IMG/VR virus record: IMGVR_UViG_3300009132_000002
Length of the DNA stretch: 64,000 bases
Strand: one strand, 5' to 3'
Source: a virus
Lineage: Duplodnaviria > Heunggongvirae > Uroviricota > Caudoviricetes
Of this stretch, positions 17,815-27,379 are shown in pieces. A program made the position numbers and the translations under genes. A model generated the notes under the pieces. It was not told the origin of the DNA, did no database searches, and worked only from the letters and a program-made list of their open reading frames with translations. Positions within the stretch are counted from its first letter, which is position 1. Each line of letters opens with the position of its first letter.

Positions 17815-18160
17815 CTTCTACTTCTACTTCGTTATCTATTTCCATATCTACTTCTGTATCAACTTCATCAGTTGCATTATTATACATTCTATTAGCTAAT
17901 TCAATTTTTTTATTATCAATTGCATCTGCTAATTTATCAGCAACTAAATCATTAAAAATACTTGAAGAATTTACAAAATCTTTATCCTCAATAGACGATA
18001 TCATCGCTTCAATTGGATCAAGTTCCACTTCTGGTTCATCACTTGTAGCTTCCTCAGCAGATGTATCTTCCTCAGCAGATGTATCTACTGTGTCAATATC
18101 TTCAAGACTTTCGATGTTTTCGTCTGAAACATCTGTTACATTATTTAATTCATCATCCAT
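17801..18160 (-). CDS. highly acidic protein (119 aa), possible prohead core protein
   Basis: D/E-rich; late promoter TATAAATA at 18183-18190, 23 nt upstream. Confidence 0.4.
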   Translation of the reverse strand: MDDELNNVTDVSDENIESLEDIDTVDTSAEEDTSAEEATSDEPEVELDPIEAMISSIEDKDFVNSSSIFNDLVADKLADAIDNKKIELANRMYNNATDEVDTEVDMEIDNEVEVEDEIV

Positions 18161-18182
18161 AATTATTCTCCATATTTTAGAT

Positions 18183-18190
18183 TATTTATA
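18183..18190 (-). promoter_or_regulatory. T4-type late promoter TATAAATA
   Basis: 23 nt upstream of the 18160 start. Confidence 0.6.
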
Positions 18191-18208
18191 TAAATTAAGT
18201 TTTTAAGG

Positions 18209-19429
18209 TTAATCGCCAGATACTGCTGTATATGTTGGGTATCTTCTTATAGTTCCATCACCTTGAGTACCCCAAACAATTCTTACAGCTCCATCACCAC
18301 CTTTTTGTCCATGGCCAATAGTACTTTGAAGAATACCGGCACCACCACCGCCAGGTGAAGCAGCTTTACCACTAAAAAATGGGTGATTTGATGTACCAGA
18401 AGTTGGTGGAGTTATCGAACCTTCACCACTTGCTGGACCTAAGTTTACGTTACCAGATGAAGCGGTATTAGAACCATGAACGGAAGGATACTGATGTACA
18501 CCTGTATTTGAAGTACTTATGGGAGTTAAACCATTATCACCTTGACCATATATTCCGGTTGCACCACCCGCTTGTCTTAAATTTGGAAAAGTCCAACCAG
18601 AACCGGTTTGGGTGCGTAAACCACCGGCACCACCACCAGCACCACCACTACCAGCAGTAGGTGATCCATCTGCATCTTGTCCTCGTCCACCACCAGAACC
18701 ATAACCAGCTGCACCACCCCCACCTGGAGACCTATGTGGAGTAGAAGTTGAACTAGAACCACCACGACCACCAGTTCCTCCAGCAATTTTTGCAGCGCCG
18801 CCACTCATACCACCGGCACCACCTGCAGTGTTATTTGCTGTATCAGTCGACCCGCCTTCGCCACCATATGCAATTAATCTGTCGGTACCACCATAAGAAA
18901 TAATAGTATCCCCACCGTCAGATCCATCTGCCCCAGAGCTTGTTCCACCAGCGCCACCACTACCAACAGTAATTGTTACAGTATTTCCAGCAGTAACTGC
19001 CCAATGACCATAAACCGCACCGCCTCCGCCGCCAGCAGATGCCGCAGTGGCTGAAGTAGATGAATTACCTCCACCGCCGCCTCCGCCGCCTATACAAACA
19101 GCTGAAATTTCTGTAACTCCACTTGGTACTGTCCATGAAAAGGATGTATCAAAAGTAAGACCAGAAGTGTTTCTATCAAATATAGCAGACATTGCTATAG
19201 TATCAAATCCTTGATTTCGGAAATCACTAAAACTAATTTGACCACTTGTAGGAATTCCAGATGTAACCACAGAACTAGTTACAACATTAGTTGCTGTTAC
19301 AGCTGTTTGAACATTAGTCCCATTTCTATAATATTCTGATAAACTCATTGCGGGAGGTGATTGATCTTCAAACATTTCCTCTATATCGTTATCAAATGAT
19401 ATGGCTCCGGTGTTTGGTATAAATGGCAT
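18209..19429 (-). CDS. glycine-rich repeat protein (406 aa), probable fibre/structural protein
   Basis: Long GGxGG/GSGG tracts; start overlaps the stop of the giant fibre gene (ATGCC at 19429). Confidence 0.6.
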   Translation of the reverse strand: MPFIPNTGAISFDNDIEEMFEDQSPPAMSLSEYYRNGTNVQTAVTATNVVTSSVVTSGIPTSGQISFSDFRNQGFDTIAMSAIFDRNTSGLTFDTSFSWTVPSGVTEISAVCIGGGGGGGGNSSTSATAASAGGGGGAVYGHWAVTAGNTVTITVGSGGAGGTSSGADGSDGGDTIISYGGTDRLIAYGGEGGSTDTANNTAGGAGGMSGGAAKIAGGTGGRGGSSSTSTPHRSPGGGGAAGYGSGGGRGQDADGSPTAGSGGAGGGAGGLRTQTGSGWTFPNLRQAGGATGIYGQGDNGLTPISTSNTGVHQYPSVHGSNTASSGNVNLGPASGEGSITPPTSGTSNHPFFSGKAASPGGGGAGILQSTIGHGQKGGDGAVRIVWGTQGDGTIRRYPTYTAVSGD

Positions 19430-22400
19430 TATTTTTCCTTCTCAAGTCTTTCAACTTTTTCGGAAAGTTCTTTAATTGCTTCAATTAACAAAGGAACCAA
19501 CTTTTCATATCTAACAGCTTTATATCCATCTTCTCGTGTTGTTGTAACTTCTGGTAACACTTCTTCAACTTCTTGAGCTAAGACTCCAGCCTCTCTGAGA
19601 GTTTGATCTTTATCTTCAGCTAATTCATTCCAGTTAAATGTATATCCAGAAATTTTATTTATCTTATCTAAAGCATTATCAATTACAGAAACATTAGTCT
19701 TTAATCTTTCATCTGATGTTCCAAATGCAGTAATATCTCCTGTCGCAGTAAAGGCACCAGTAAGTGTAAAGTTACCAGTGTAAGCCCCGGACATTGCTAA
19801 ACCACTAGTTTGTTGTGTTAAACCACTACCAGCAGCAACACTAAATGTAGTACCACTTAAACCAATGCCACTACCCGCTGAATATGTAGTATTATTATCT
19901 GTGCTACTTATAGTAAAACTAGGATAAGTTCCACTAATACTTGTTGCGCCACTACCTGTTAAAACTACGGTTTGATCAGGGGCTGTATTAGTAAATTCAT
20001 TACTTGAATCAAGAGAAAGCCCAGTTCCTGCAGTATATACTTCACCAGCAGTCCCGGGCTCGAAGCTTGATGTAGTACTATTATAAACAATCGTTTCACC
20101 ATTAGCAATACCTGACGTTGACACGTCGGTTAAATCGTTAATAACCGAAGGTATAGTACCTAAAGCAGCAGTAGAAAGAGATTGTACATGGCCCCATTCA
20201 TCGTAGTTTACATTTTGTATTACAGTAGTGCCGGAATTACTACCAGTATGCGATGAACCAGAACCAGTGGCACCATGTGAAATTGTAACTGTTTCAGATG
20301 TTGAGCTGTTTGTTGTAAACGCTCCACTATTAGTTCCCGGCTGACCACCTCCACTAATAGCAATACCATTTACGCCGCCTGTGCCAGCTTGTCCTTGTAT
20401 TGTTATAGTTTCATTATTTATTTGTTCAATCTGAACAACTGAACCAATAACCATATCACCATTATTATCTACTTCAATTTCAATACCATCTGTTGACTTG
20501 ATAGTAAGTGTAGTATCTTCTCCACTGTCTGGACCTTGATGAAGTAATTTGAAATCAACCTCATTTGAATCACCACCAGCAACAAAATCTGAAATATATG
20601 TAGTATTAGGTAAGTGCATACTATCAGCACTAATTTCTATTCTTCCATCATGTGTTCCAGCTGGAGCGATAGATGAAACTGTTATTCCACCAGAACCGAA
20701 CACTTCAATATATTGAGAAGAAGTATTTGCATCTGCATCAGTCTCAGTAAATGTAATTCTTGGTAAAGTGCCAGGAGATGAAGCATTTGCTTGTAATGTT
20801 GAAGTAATTTGAAGTGGTGCTGCACTAAAATTAAGTGAAGCATTAGAAGCGCCAGGATTTGTAACACTTACGCTAAGCCCATTTGAAGCAGTAACTGCAA
20901 GATTAGTTGTAGTAGTAATACCAGTTGCAGGGCTTGAATCATTAAGAGTTATGAAATTAGAATTACCTACAGATGTTCCGGTAATTGTGCTTACAGCCTG
21001 AAGATCAACGCCCGATATTGTTATTTCATCAGAGGCTTGAGATACTGAAATGCCATTAGTTCCTAAAAAGCTTACTTGGTCATCAACCGTGGCACTATTA
21101 ATTGTTTCAGTAAGAACTAGCTTTGCGCCACCTGATACATCAGCAGATGATACAGCATATCTTGCGAGTAAAGGATTAGCGTCTATAACAATAGAGTTTG
21201 TGCCTGAACCATCTACGTTAATTCCATTAGTACCTGAAATACTAATTGTTTCTACTCTCTGTTGACCATCAGAATCAACAGTTAAATTTATTGTACCACT
21301 ATTTGATGCAGATCCACCGCCTGATAAAGCATAGCTAGATTGTAAACCAAATACAGTTTCTTGTGTAAGAGTTGAAGTAATTTCTATGGCATTATTACCA
21401 TCATCATAATTAACTGATATATTATCATCACCAGACATAATATTACCAACAGCATCTTGTGCACGCTCATTAGTAAAATATAAATTAGTAGTTCCTTCTG
21501 GTAATCCATCAGTATTAGTAATACCTTCAAAATCAATAGTTTTAGCTGACTGATCTACAGTAATTTTACCTATACCACCGCCCGATGCATCATAAACATT
21601 ATTATTATTAGTATTATCAGAAGTTAATGCTAAAAACACTCTAGCAGAATCAAAATATAAATTTAATCCTGACGGTCCTTCTGGAATATCATCCGTTGTT
21701 AAACCATTTTGTCGACCAGTTGCATCTCCAACTGTAGTTGGAGTGGTTCCACCAGGGTTAGTGAAATTGAATGAACCTCCATTTTCTATATTCATATTTA
21801 CAGTACCATCTTCTTCAACAGAAAATACTGCATCACCTTTTGCTGTAGCATCAACTAAAGGATTTTTATTTGAAAATATACCAAAGAAGTTATCAGTTTC
21901 ATTATCATTTCTATCTAAGAAATTAAATATACTCTGACGGGAAGCAGTTGCTATACTATTAGTACCTTTACCAAGATTATAACCAAGATCAATTATTTCA
22001 TGATCTAGGGAATCCGCAAAAAATCTATATGATTGAACATCAAGATCACCACCCAATTGAGGCGTTTGATCATATACAATATGAAGATTACCTCTATGGA
22101 AGTTTATAAATCCATTTTGTAATACACCATCTATATTTGGAGTTTCAAATGCTATTTTATCATTAAGATTATCACCAACTCTAATAATTAATGATCTTTG
22201 AGAATCTTCTTCAGACGCAAGATAAATTCTAGCACTATCTTCATTAATACCACTTGCTGTAAAAGAAGTTCCTTCAAAGGCTAATCCTTTATACCTACCT
22301 TCGGTGAGCATAAGAGTTTGATTAATTTTTGTATTATGATTTTCATCTATCCATGCTTCTCTCTGACCATTCCATGCAGATAAAGAGTTTGGCTGTTCAG

Positions 22401-25221
22401 GACCATATGTATGAAATGTTCCTTTTGTGATACTAAAGTTTAAATCTGCATATGGAGAACTTGAAGAATCATCGCTACTTATTTCATGAGCTTTAGCTGT
22501 TCCACCGGTACCGGTTTTTTGAAATACTGCTGCGTAAGGATTTCTAATAGGAGTTGTTGGCGCATTATAGAGTTTCATCAATCCCTGATCAAACGCCGTT
22601 GTTCTTAAATTATTATTTACGTTTGCTATCCAAGCATCAGCCGATGTTATTGCACCAATATGACCATTAGACATACTATTAATAGCATTAGATAATAATG
22701 TAGAATTGGCTGAATCACTATGTGTATCAAATGTAGTTGAAGAAAGCTTGGTTCCACTAGAATTAAATGTGGTAAGATTTAATCCTCTACCGTGTCCATG
22801 ATAACCCTTTAATAAAATTGGATTTTCATCAAACTCAAAATATTCTGTTTCATTATCAATATACAAATATGCTGGAGAATTATTATTTAATCCTGTTCCT
22901 CTCATTTCTATATATGCAGAACTTTGAGGTAAGCCACTTAAATCAACTTCTTTTATGAGCTGATATGAATTATCTGGATCTTTCCAATATAGAGTTTTTG
23001 ATCTATCATTGTAAAAAAATCTACCAGTTTTCATTACCTCGTCAACGCCAACACTACTATCTAAAATATAGTATCCAGCGCTATCTACTGCTATAGGAAC
23101 TTCACCATCTCTAATATCTCTATCTGAAATAAAAGTATAAATTAAATCATTTTTAAGATCAAATATATTTTTATCATTATCATCAGTAGTAAATACGATA
23201 TCACTTATGATAACACCAGCTTGACCCTGTGTTCCAAATCCATATGCAGTTTCCGCATTTAAAAATGGTTGTAAAAATGTTTTTCCACTAAGTATGGCTT
23301 CTTCAATATCTAATTCAATACCAGTTTTAAATTCTGAATTTTCTATATCAGTATCACCAAATTGGTTTGTAAGAACTCTTATTATATTCCCTTGTTTTTC
23401 AGCAAAAACAGTTGTCTGGCCAGATGAAACCCAATCACTAGTTGATTGACCATCATATGTTGGTGTTATCGGCGCAGGTGCAGCACCTTTTGAAACATAA
23501 TCAAAATCAAAATAGAATTCGTCTGATTGACCAAAATTATAGACTAAACCCCAAGAAGGCGGATCTACTATTATTGTACCATTTTCAAGATAATCACTAT
23601 AATCTTGAAGAGTGCCTTTTGGTCTTCTAAAAGCACTAATAGTGTATTCTTTACCGCGTATTCTTAACTGAGCTACAACTAAGAATATTGGAAAATCTGT
23701 TGCTGCTGTGGAATTAAACGTTGCATTAACATTATAATTTTCATATTTTTTAGGTGATATGATACCTGCAAATGTTCTCGGGGCAAAATCACTATATATG
23801 CTATTAGTAGTTTCATCATATCTTAATGCTTGTGTGTCTGAATCATTAAATGGAAAGGTAAAATCTTCTTCTGGATCAGTATCTAATTCTCTTTGATCGT
23901 AATGAGAAAATCTACTAAACTGATCATAGTATTTGTATTTACCTTGAGAATCCATAGACTCAAGTTGAGTATCAGGGATATAATCTTTTTCAACATTTAA
24001 CTGATCACCGTTAAATACGAATCTTCCTCTTTTAAGAGCATAATCTAAATAGTATGATTGTGCAGATTCTTCATATGATAAAAACTGCCCATCTCTTCCA
24101 GATAAATTAAGAAGAATATTGTTAGATGATGTGTTACCTGTAGTATCATCGGAAGCAATAGAATCAGCATATCCAAATAAATCTGGTTCTATTCTCCAAG
24201 CTTGTGCTGCACTATCATAGTATATTTTTACATTGCTATCAGCAGCCCATTTTATTCCATCACTGTCTAAAACGTATTGATTTACATGAATAGATTTTGC
24301 TACAACCACACCGGTTTCATCAATACTAAAAATCGCATTATTTTTATCAATTGAATCAGTATATGCGTTTAAATCGTTATATAGTGCCCAATAATTTCCG
24401 GTTTCAGTATTATTGACATCTAAGAAATTATGTATAGATTGTAGTGAAGTTAATCCTACATTATTATTTCTATCTACTGGTTCATCATAATCTAAATCTA
24501 ATGTATTACCACTATCTGCTGATCCAGCACCATATATTCTCTGACCATTTATTTCTAAGTCAGTGACAAGTGTATTAGCAGCTAATTGATTAGTTTGTAA
24601 ATAGTCAACATATTTTAGATTTGTAATATGAGCCGAATCAACTCTCATACCAGAAATATAAGCTGAATCTGCAGTAAGCTTTCCTATTACAGCTGAATCT
24701 ATATTAAAACTATTTACTGGTACACCAAAATCTGATTCAAACTCATCTACTGGTAAATCTGTTAAAAACACATCAGGCGGATTACCATTTGCAAATATTG
24801 TGAAATTTAAATCTGAAAAAGTGCTTTCTATCCATTGACCATTTTTTAAATTTCGTTCAGATTCTGCTACTGCAGTACCTATTATAAAATCTAATGATCT
24901 ATTTCCTTGTGGATCAAGAATAGTATTTTCATCAAGATATAATCTAACTGGGATATTAGATGTATACAGTTTTTTATCTGGTGGATTTAATCCTGTTTCT
25001 ATAGCTGATGAATTTGGAAAAAAACTATAACCGGGTAAAGTTTCCTGAGAAAAGAACCAACCACGAATATAATCTGGATTAGGTGCGGTTTCTAAATCTA
25101 CAGAAAACTCAACCCAAACTGTATCACGGTCAATTGTTCTAGTAATTGTGCCAGACGAACTGGAAGGATCTATTGTCCCGCTTTGCCCCTTGTCTGTGAT
25201 ATAGGAAACTAAATCATACAT
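19429..25221 (-). CDS. giant fibre protein (1930 aa) with C-terminal intramolecular chaperone (peptidase S74-type) domain
   Basis: C-terminus ...FGTSDERLKTNVSVIDNALDKINKISGYTFNWNE...GVLAQEVEEVLPEV...YEKLVPLLIEAIKEL matches the auto-cleaving chaperone of endosialidase / T5 L-shaped tail fibres. Ser/Thr/Gly/Asn-rich beta-rich body. Confidence 0.7.
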   Translation of the reverse strand: MYDLVSYITDKGQSGTIDPSSSSGTITRTIDRDTVWVEFSVDLETAPNPDYIRGWFFSQETLPGYSFFPNSSAIETGLNPPDKKLYTSNIPVRLYLDENTILDPQGNRSLDFIIGTAVAESERNLKNGQWIESTFSDLNFTIFANGNPPDVFLTDLPVDEFESDFGVPVNSFNIDSAVIGKLTADSAYISGMRVDSAHITNLKYVDYLQTNQLAANTLVTDLEINGQRIYGAGSADSGNTLDLDYDEPVDRNNNVGLTSLQSIHNFLDVNNTETGNYWALYNDLNAYTDSIDKNNAIFSIDETGVVVAKSIHVNQYVLDSDGIKWAADSNVKIYYDSAAQAWRIEPDLFGYADSIASDDTTGNTSSNNILLNLSGRDGQFLSYEESAQSYYLDYALKRGRFVFNGDQLNVEKDYIPDTQLESMDSQGKYKYYDQFSRFSHYDQRELDTDPEEDFTFPFNDSDTQALRYDETTNSIYSDFAPRTFAGIISPKKYENYNVNATFNSTAATDFPIFLVVAQLRIRGKEYTISAFRRPKGTLQDYSDYLENGTIIVDPPSWGLVYNFGQSDEFYFDFDYVSKGAAPAPITPTYDGQSTSDWVSSGQTTVFAEKQGNIIRVLTNQFGDTDIENSEFKTGIELDIEEAILSGKTFLQPFLNAETAYGFGTQGQAGVIISDIVFTTDDNDKNIFDLKNDLIYTFISDRDIRDGEVPIAVDSAGYYILDSSVGVDEVMKTGRFFYNDRSKTLYWKDPDNSYQLIKEVDLSGLPQSSAYIEMRGTGLNNNSPAYLYIDNETEYFEFDENPILLKGYHGHGRGLNLTTFNSSGTKLSSTTFDTHSDSANSTLLSNAINSMSNGHIGAITSADAWIANVNNNLRTTAFDQGLMKLYNAPTTPIRNPYAAVFQKTGTGGTAKAHEISSDDSSSSPYADLNFSITKGTFHTYGPEQPNSLSAWNGQREAWIDENHNTKINQTLMLTEGRYKGLAFEGTSFTASGINEDSARIYLASEEDSQRSLIIRVGDNLNDKIAFETPNIDGVLQNGFINFHRGNLHIVYDQTPQLGGDLDVQSYRFFADSLDHEIIDLGYNLGKGTNSIATASRQSIFNFLDRNDNETDNFFGIFSNKNPLVDATAKGDAVFSVEEDGTVNMNIENGGSFNFTNPGGTTPTTVGDATGRQNGLTTDDIPEGPSGLNLYFDSARVFLALTSDNTNNNNVYDASGGGIGKITVDQSAKTIDFEGITNTDGLPEGTTNLYFTNERAQDAVGNIMSGDDNISVNYDDGNNAIEITSTLTQETVFGLQSSYALSGGGSASNSGTINLTVDSDGQQRVETISISGTNGINVDGSGTNSIVIDANPLLARYAVSSADVSGGAKLVLTETINSATVDDQVSFLGTNGISVSQASDEITISGVDLQAVSTITGTSVGNSNFITLNDSSPATGITTTTNLAVTASNGLSVSVTNPGASNASLNFSAAPLQITSTLQANASSPGTLPRITFTETDADANTSSQYIEVFGSGGITVSSIAPAGTHDGRIEISADSMHLPNTTYISDFVAGGDSNEVDFKLLHQGPDSGEDTTLTIKSTDGIEIEVDNNGDMVIGSVVQIEQINNETITIQGQAGTGGVNGIAISGGGQPGTNSGAFTTNSSTSETVTISHGATGSGSSHTGSNSGTTVIQNVNYDEWGHVQSLSTAALGTIPSVINDLTDVSTSGIANGETIVYNSTTSSFEPGTAGEVYTAGTGLSLDSSNEFTNTAPDQTVVLTGSGATSISGTYPSFTISSTDNNTTYSAGSGIGLSGTTFSVAAGSGLTQQTSGLAMSGAYTGNFTLTGAFTATGDITAFGTSDERLKTNVSVIDNALDKINKISGYTFNWNELAEDKDQTLREAGVLAQEVEEVLPEVTTTREDGYKAVRYEKLVPLLIEAIKELSEKVERLEKEK

Positions 25222-25236
25222 TATTCAAACTTCGAG

Positions 25237-26754
25237 CTATTCGTTTTCAGATTCAATATTATCTATCTCATCCGCTTTTTCATTATTTTCATCTTCTACG
25301 TCTTGTTCCATATTTTTCATATCTTCTTCAGAAAACTTTAGAACATTTCTCATAACCCAATCTTTAGTGTAGTATTCTCCAACATATTGTTGCATCATAT
25401 CAAGAGTTTGAATACGCTCTTTTAATATTTCACTTTCCTTAGATTCAGCAAAATAGTTATCTCTAGCATAATCAATCTTGAAATGCATTTTATGATTATC
25501 CCAATCTGAATCGGTAATAATCTTTTTTAAGATAAGCTGTTTCTTTAAAATATTTAAGAATAGATGACTAAACTTTTTACGAAGTCTATCAATAAATTTT
25601 TGAAACTTCACTTCATCTCTTGAAATTTCTGTTGTTCTACCAAGAGAAAATTGAGCTTCTTGTTCTAATCTATTAATTGGTACATTTAATGCACGATAAA
25701 CACGTTTTTGGAAATAAACAATATCATCTATTTGACCAAGATTTTCTCCTCCTGGAAGAGTAGAGATTTCAGTACCTCTACCACCTTCTCTACGAGGTAA
25801 CCAAAAATCTTCCAACATAGACATATGTTTGCGATCATCTCTTAACTCTCCATTCTGAGCGTCATATACTAATTTATTACGATATTTCGTCATAATATTT
25901 TTCATATATTCTTCTGCTTTACCTTTTGGAAGGTTACCTACATCAATATAAAAAATTCTACGTTCTGGTGCTCTAGCAAGTCTATAGATAACAAGCGAGT
26001 CTTCCATCATTCTTAACTGGTTAATTGGTTTAATGCATTTATGTAAGTGAGATACTACCTTTTTACGAGTCTCATCCAATAAACCAGATGTTACATAGCT
26101 AATAGAATCAAGAGTAAACTTGACAGCATCTTTTTGTTGCCCTGGCTTTTCTTGGAAAACATAATATTCGTTTACATTTTCTATAACCTCTGCATTTGTA
26201 AGAGGATCTTTTTTCTTTTTTATCTCTTTCATTTTACGAATTTTCATAGCGTCAATAAAACGAATATCTTGAATACCAGCTTTTTCGTTCTTTTCGTCTA
26301 CTACTAAATGGTGGTATATTCTACCATCAATATACCATCTTCTAAATATATCATGACCATTTTCTTCAAAATTTAACATACCTAAAATATTAGTAAATTC
26401 TTCTTGTACTTGTTTTTTAATGTTTTCCGGAAAATCAACATCTTCAAGTGTAAGACTAATAGGATTAAGATCTGAAGTTCCTACTATTGATTCGTTGACA
26501 ATATCTTCAATAGCATTATCAACTTCGGGGTGTACTGCTACACCACGATATTTTCTTATCATCTGATAATTATCTTTTGCAGAACTACCATCAATATCTA
26601 AGTATTGTCCAAAGTGACTACCAGATGCTGTAACATAACCAGCACCATCGTCATCAGCTTTTGGAACAACTGATTTAATTTTTGATTGGGCTTTTTCAGA
26701 TGAATTAGCTCTTTTGATTTCAAATCCAAAGAGTTTAAGTGAATTATCTGCCAT
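25237..26754 (-). CDS. portal vertex protein gp20
   Basis: 505 aa; position between gp19 and the head genes. Confidence 0.75.
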   Translation of the reverse strand: MADNSLKLFGFEIKRANSSEKAQSKIKSVVPKADDDGAGYVTASGSHFGQYLDIDGSSAKDNYQMIRKYRGVAVHPEVDNAIEDIVNESIVGTSDLNPISLTLEDVDFPENIKKQVQEEFTNILGMLNFEENGHDIFRRWYIDGRIYHHLVVDEKNEKAGIQDIRFIDAMKIRKMKEIKKKKDPLTNAEVIENVNEYYVFQEKPGQQKDAVKFTLDSISYVTSGLLDETRKKVVSHLHKCIKPINQLRMMEDSLVIYRLARAPERRIFYIDVGNLPKGKAEEYMKNIMTKYRNKLVYDAQNGELRDDRKHMSMLEDFWLPRREGGRGTEISTLPGGENLGQIDDIVYFQKRVYRALNVPINRLEQEAQFSLGRTTEISRDEVKFQKFIDRLRKKFSHLFLNILKKQLILKKIITDSDWDNHKMHFKIDYARDNYFAESKESEILKERIQTLDMMQQYVGEYYTKDWVMRNVLKFSEEDMKNMEQDVEDENNEKADEIDNIESENE

Positions 26755-26764
26755 AACTATCCTT

Positions 26765-26801
26765 TAACTATATAAAGGTTAGGGGAATAACTCCCCTAAC
26801 C
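26765..26801 (-). terminator. hairpin (10-bp stem GGTTAGGGGA/TCCCCTAACC) followed by a T/A tract between gp19 and gp20; attenuator-like
   Basis: Perfect inverted repeat; located in the 67-nt gp19-gp20 gap. Confidence 0.4.
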
Positions 26802-26821
26802 AAATTATATTTATTCAACTT

Positions 26822-27364
26822 TTAAGAAGTTACAAATCCATCAGGAGCAATTGACTCCCAATACTGAACCTGAAACTCTACGCCGAACTCTTCAATTGTA
26901 TCTACATTCTCATATGATACCTCTATTGCGCTAATAGCAGTCGGGAAGATTCCTCTAAATTTATATTCATAAAGAACGGAACCATCTTTATCTAACTGTT
27001 GCACAGCTGCATCAACTTGATAATCAACTGGATTAGTGATACCAGTATTTGCTTGGTGTTGGTTAATACCATTCATCCACTGTTCCATTGATTTTCTGAT
27101 TTTAAAATCAGTATCATTGATAACAGTGACACCCCAAGGTTCAAACACTCTATCACCAGCCATTTGTAGCTGACGACCTCTATATGCTATAGGAATAGTT
27201 CCCATAACAGAAGCCGGCATTTGTGCTGCTTTGATCATGAATGATGCGAGTTCAACATCCCCAGCCACATAAGCAGGGAAACTTAATATTACTTGGAAGA
27301 GGTTAGGACGTGCCCCACCACCTCTAAGTTTTGATTTAAAATCATTTACGCCTAAAATTGCCAT
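26822..27364 (-). CDS. tail tube protein gp19
   Basis: ARPNLFQV...KAAQMP...RG..L...GDR.F..W.VTV.ND collinear with T4 gp19. Confidence 0.85.
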   Translation of the reverse strand: MAILGVNDFKSKLRGGGARPNLFQVILSFPAYVAGDVELASFMIKAAQMPASVMGTIPIAYRGRQLQMAGDRVFEPWGVTVINDTDFKIRKSMEQWMNGINQHQANTGITNPVDYQVDAAVQQLDKDGSVLYEYKFRGIFPTAISAIEVSYENVDTIEEFGVEFQVQYWESIAPDGFVTS

Positions 27365-27379
27365 TTTTATATACCCCTA

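Noticed and set aside
18577-18804. 75-aa minus-strand ORF (MAALQKLLEELVVVVVL...) inside the glycine-rich gene
   Set aside because: It is in a different frame of the same strand inside the low-complexity GGN-repeat coding region. The repeat composition creates long open frames, so it is not an independent gene.
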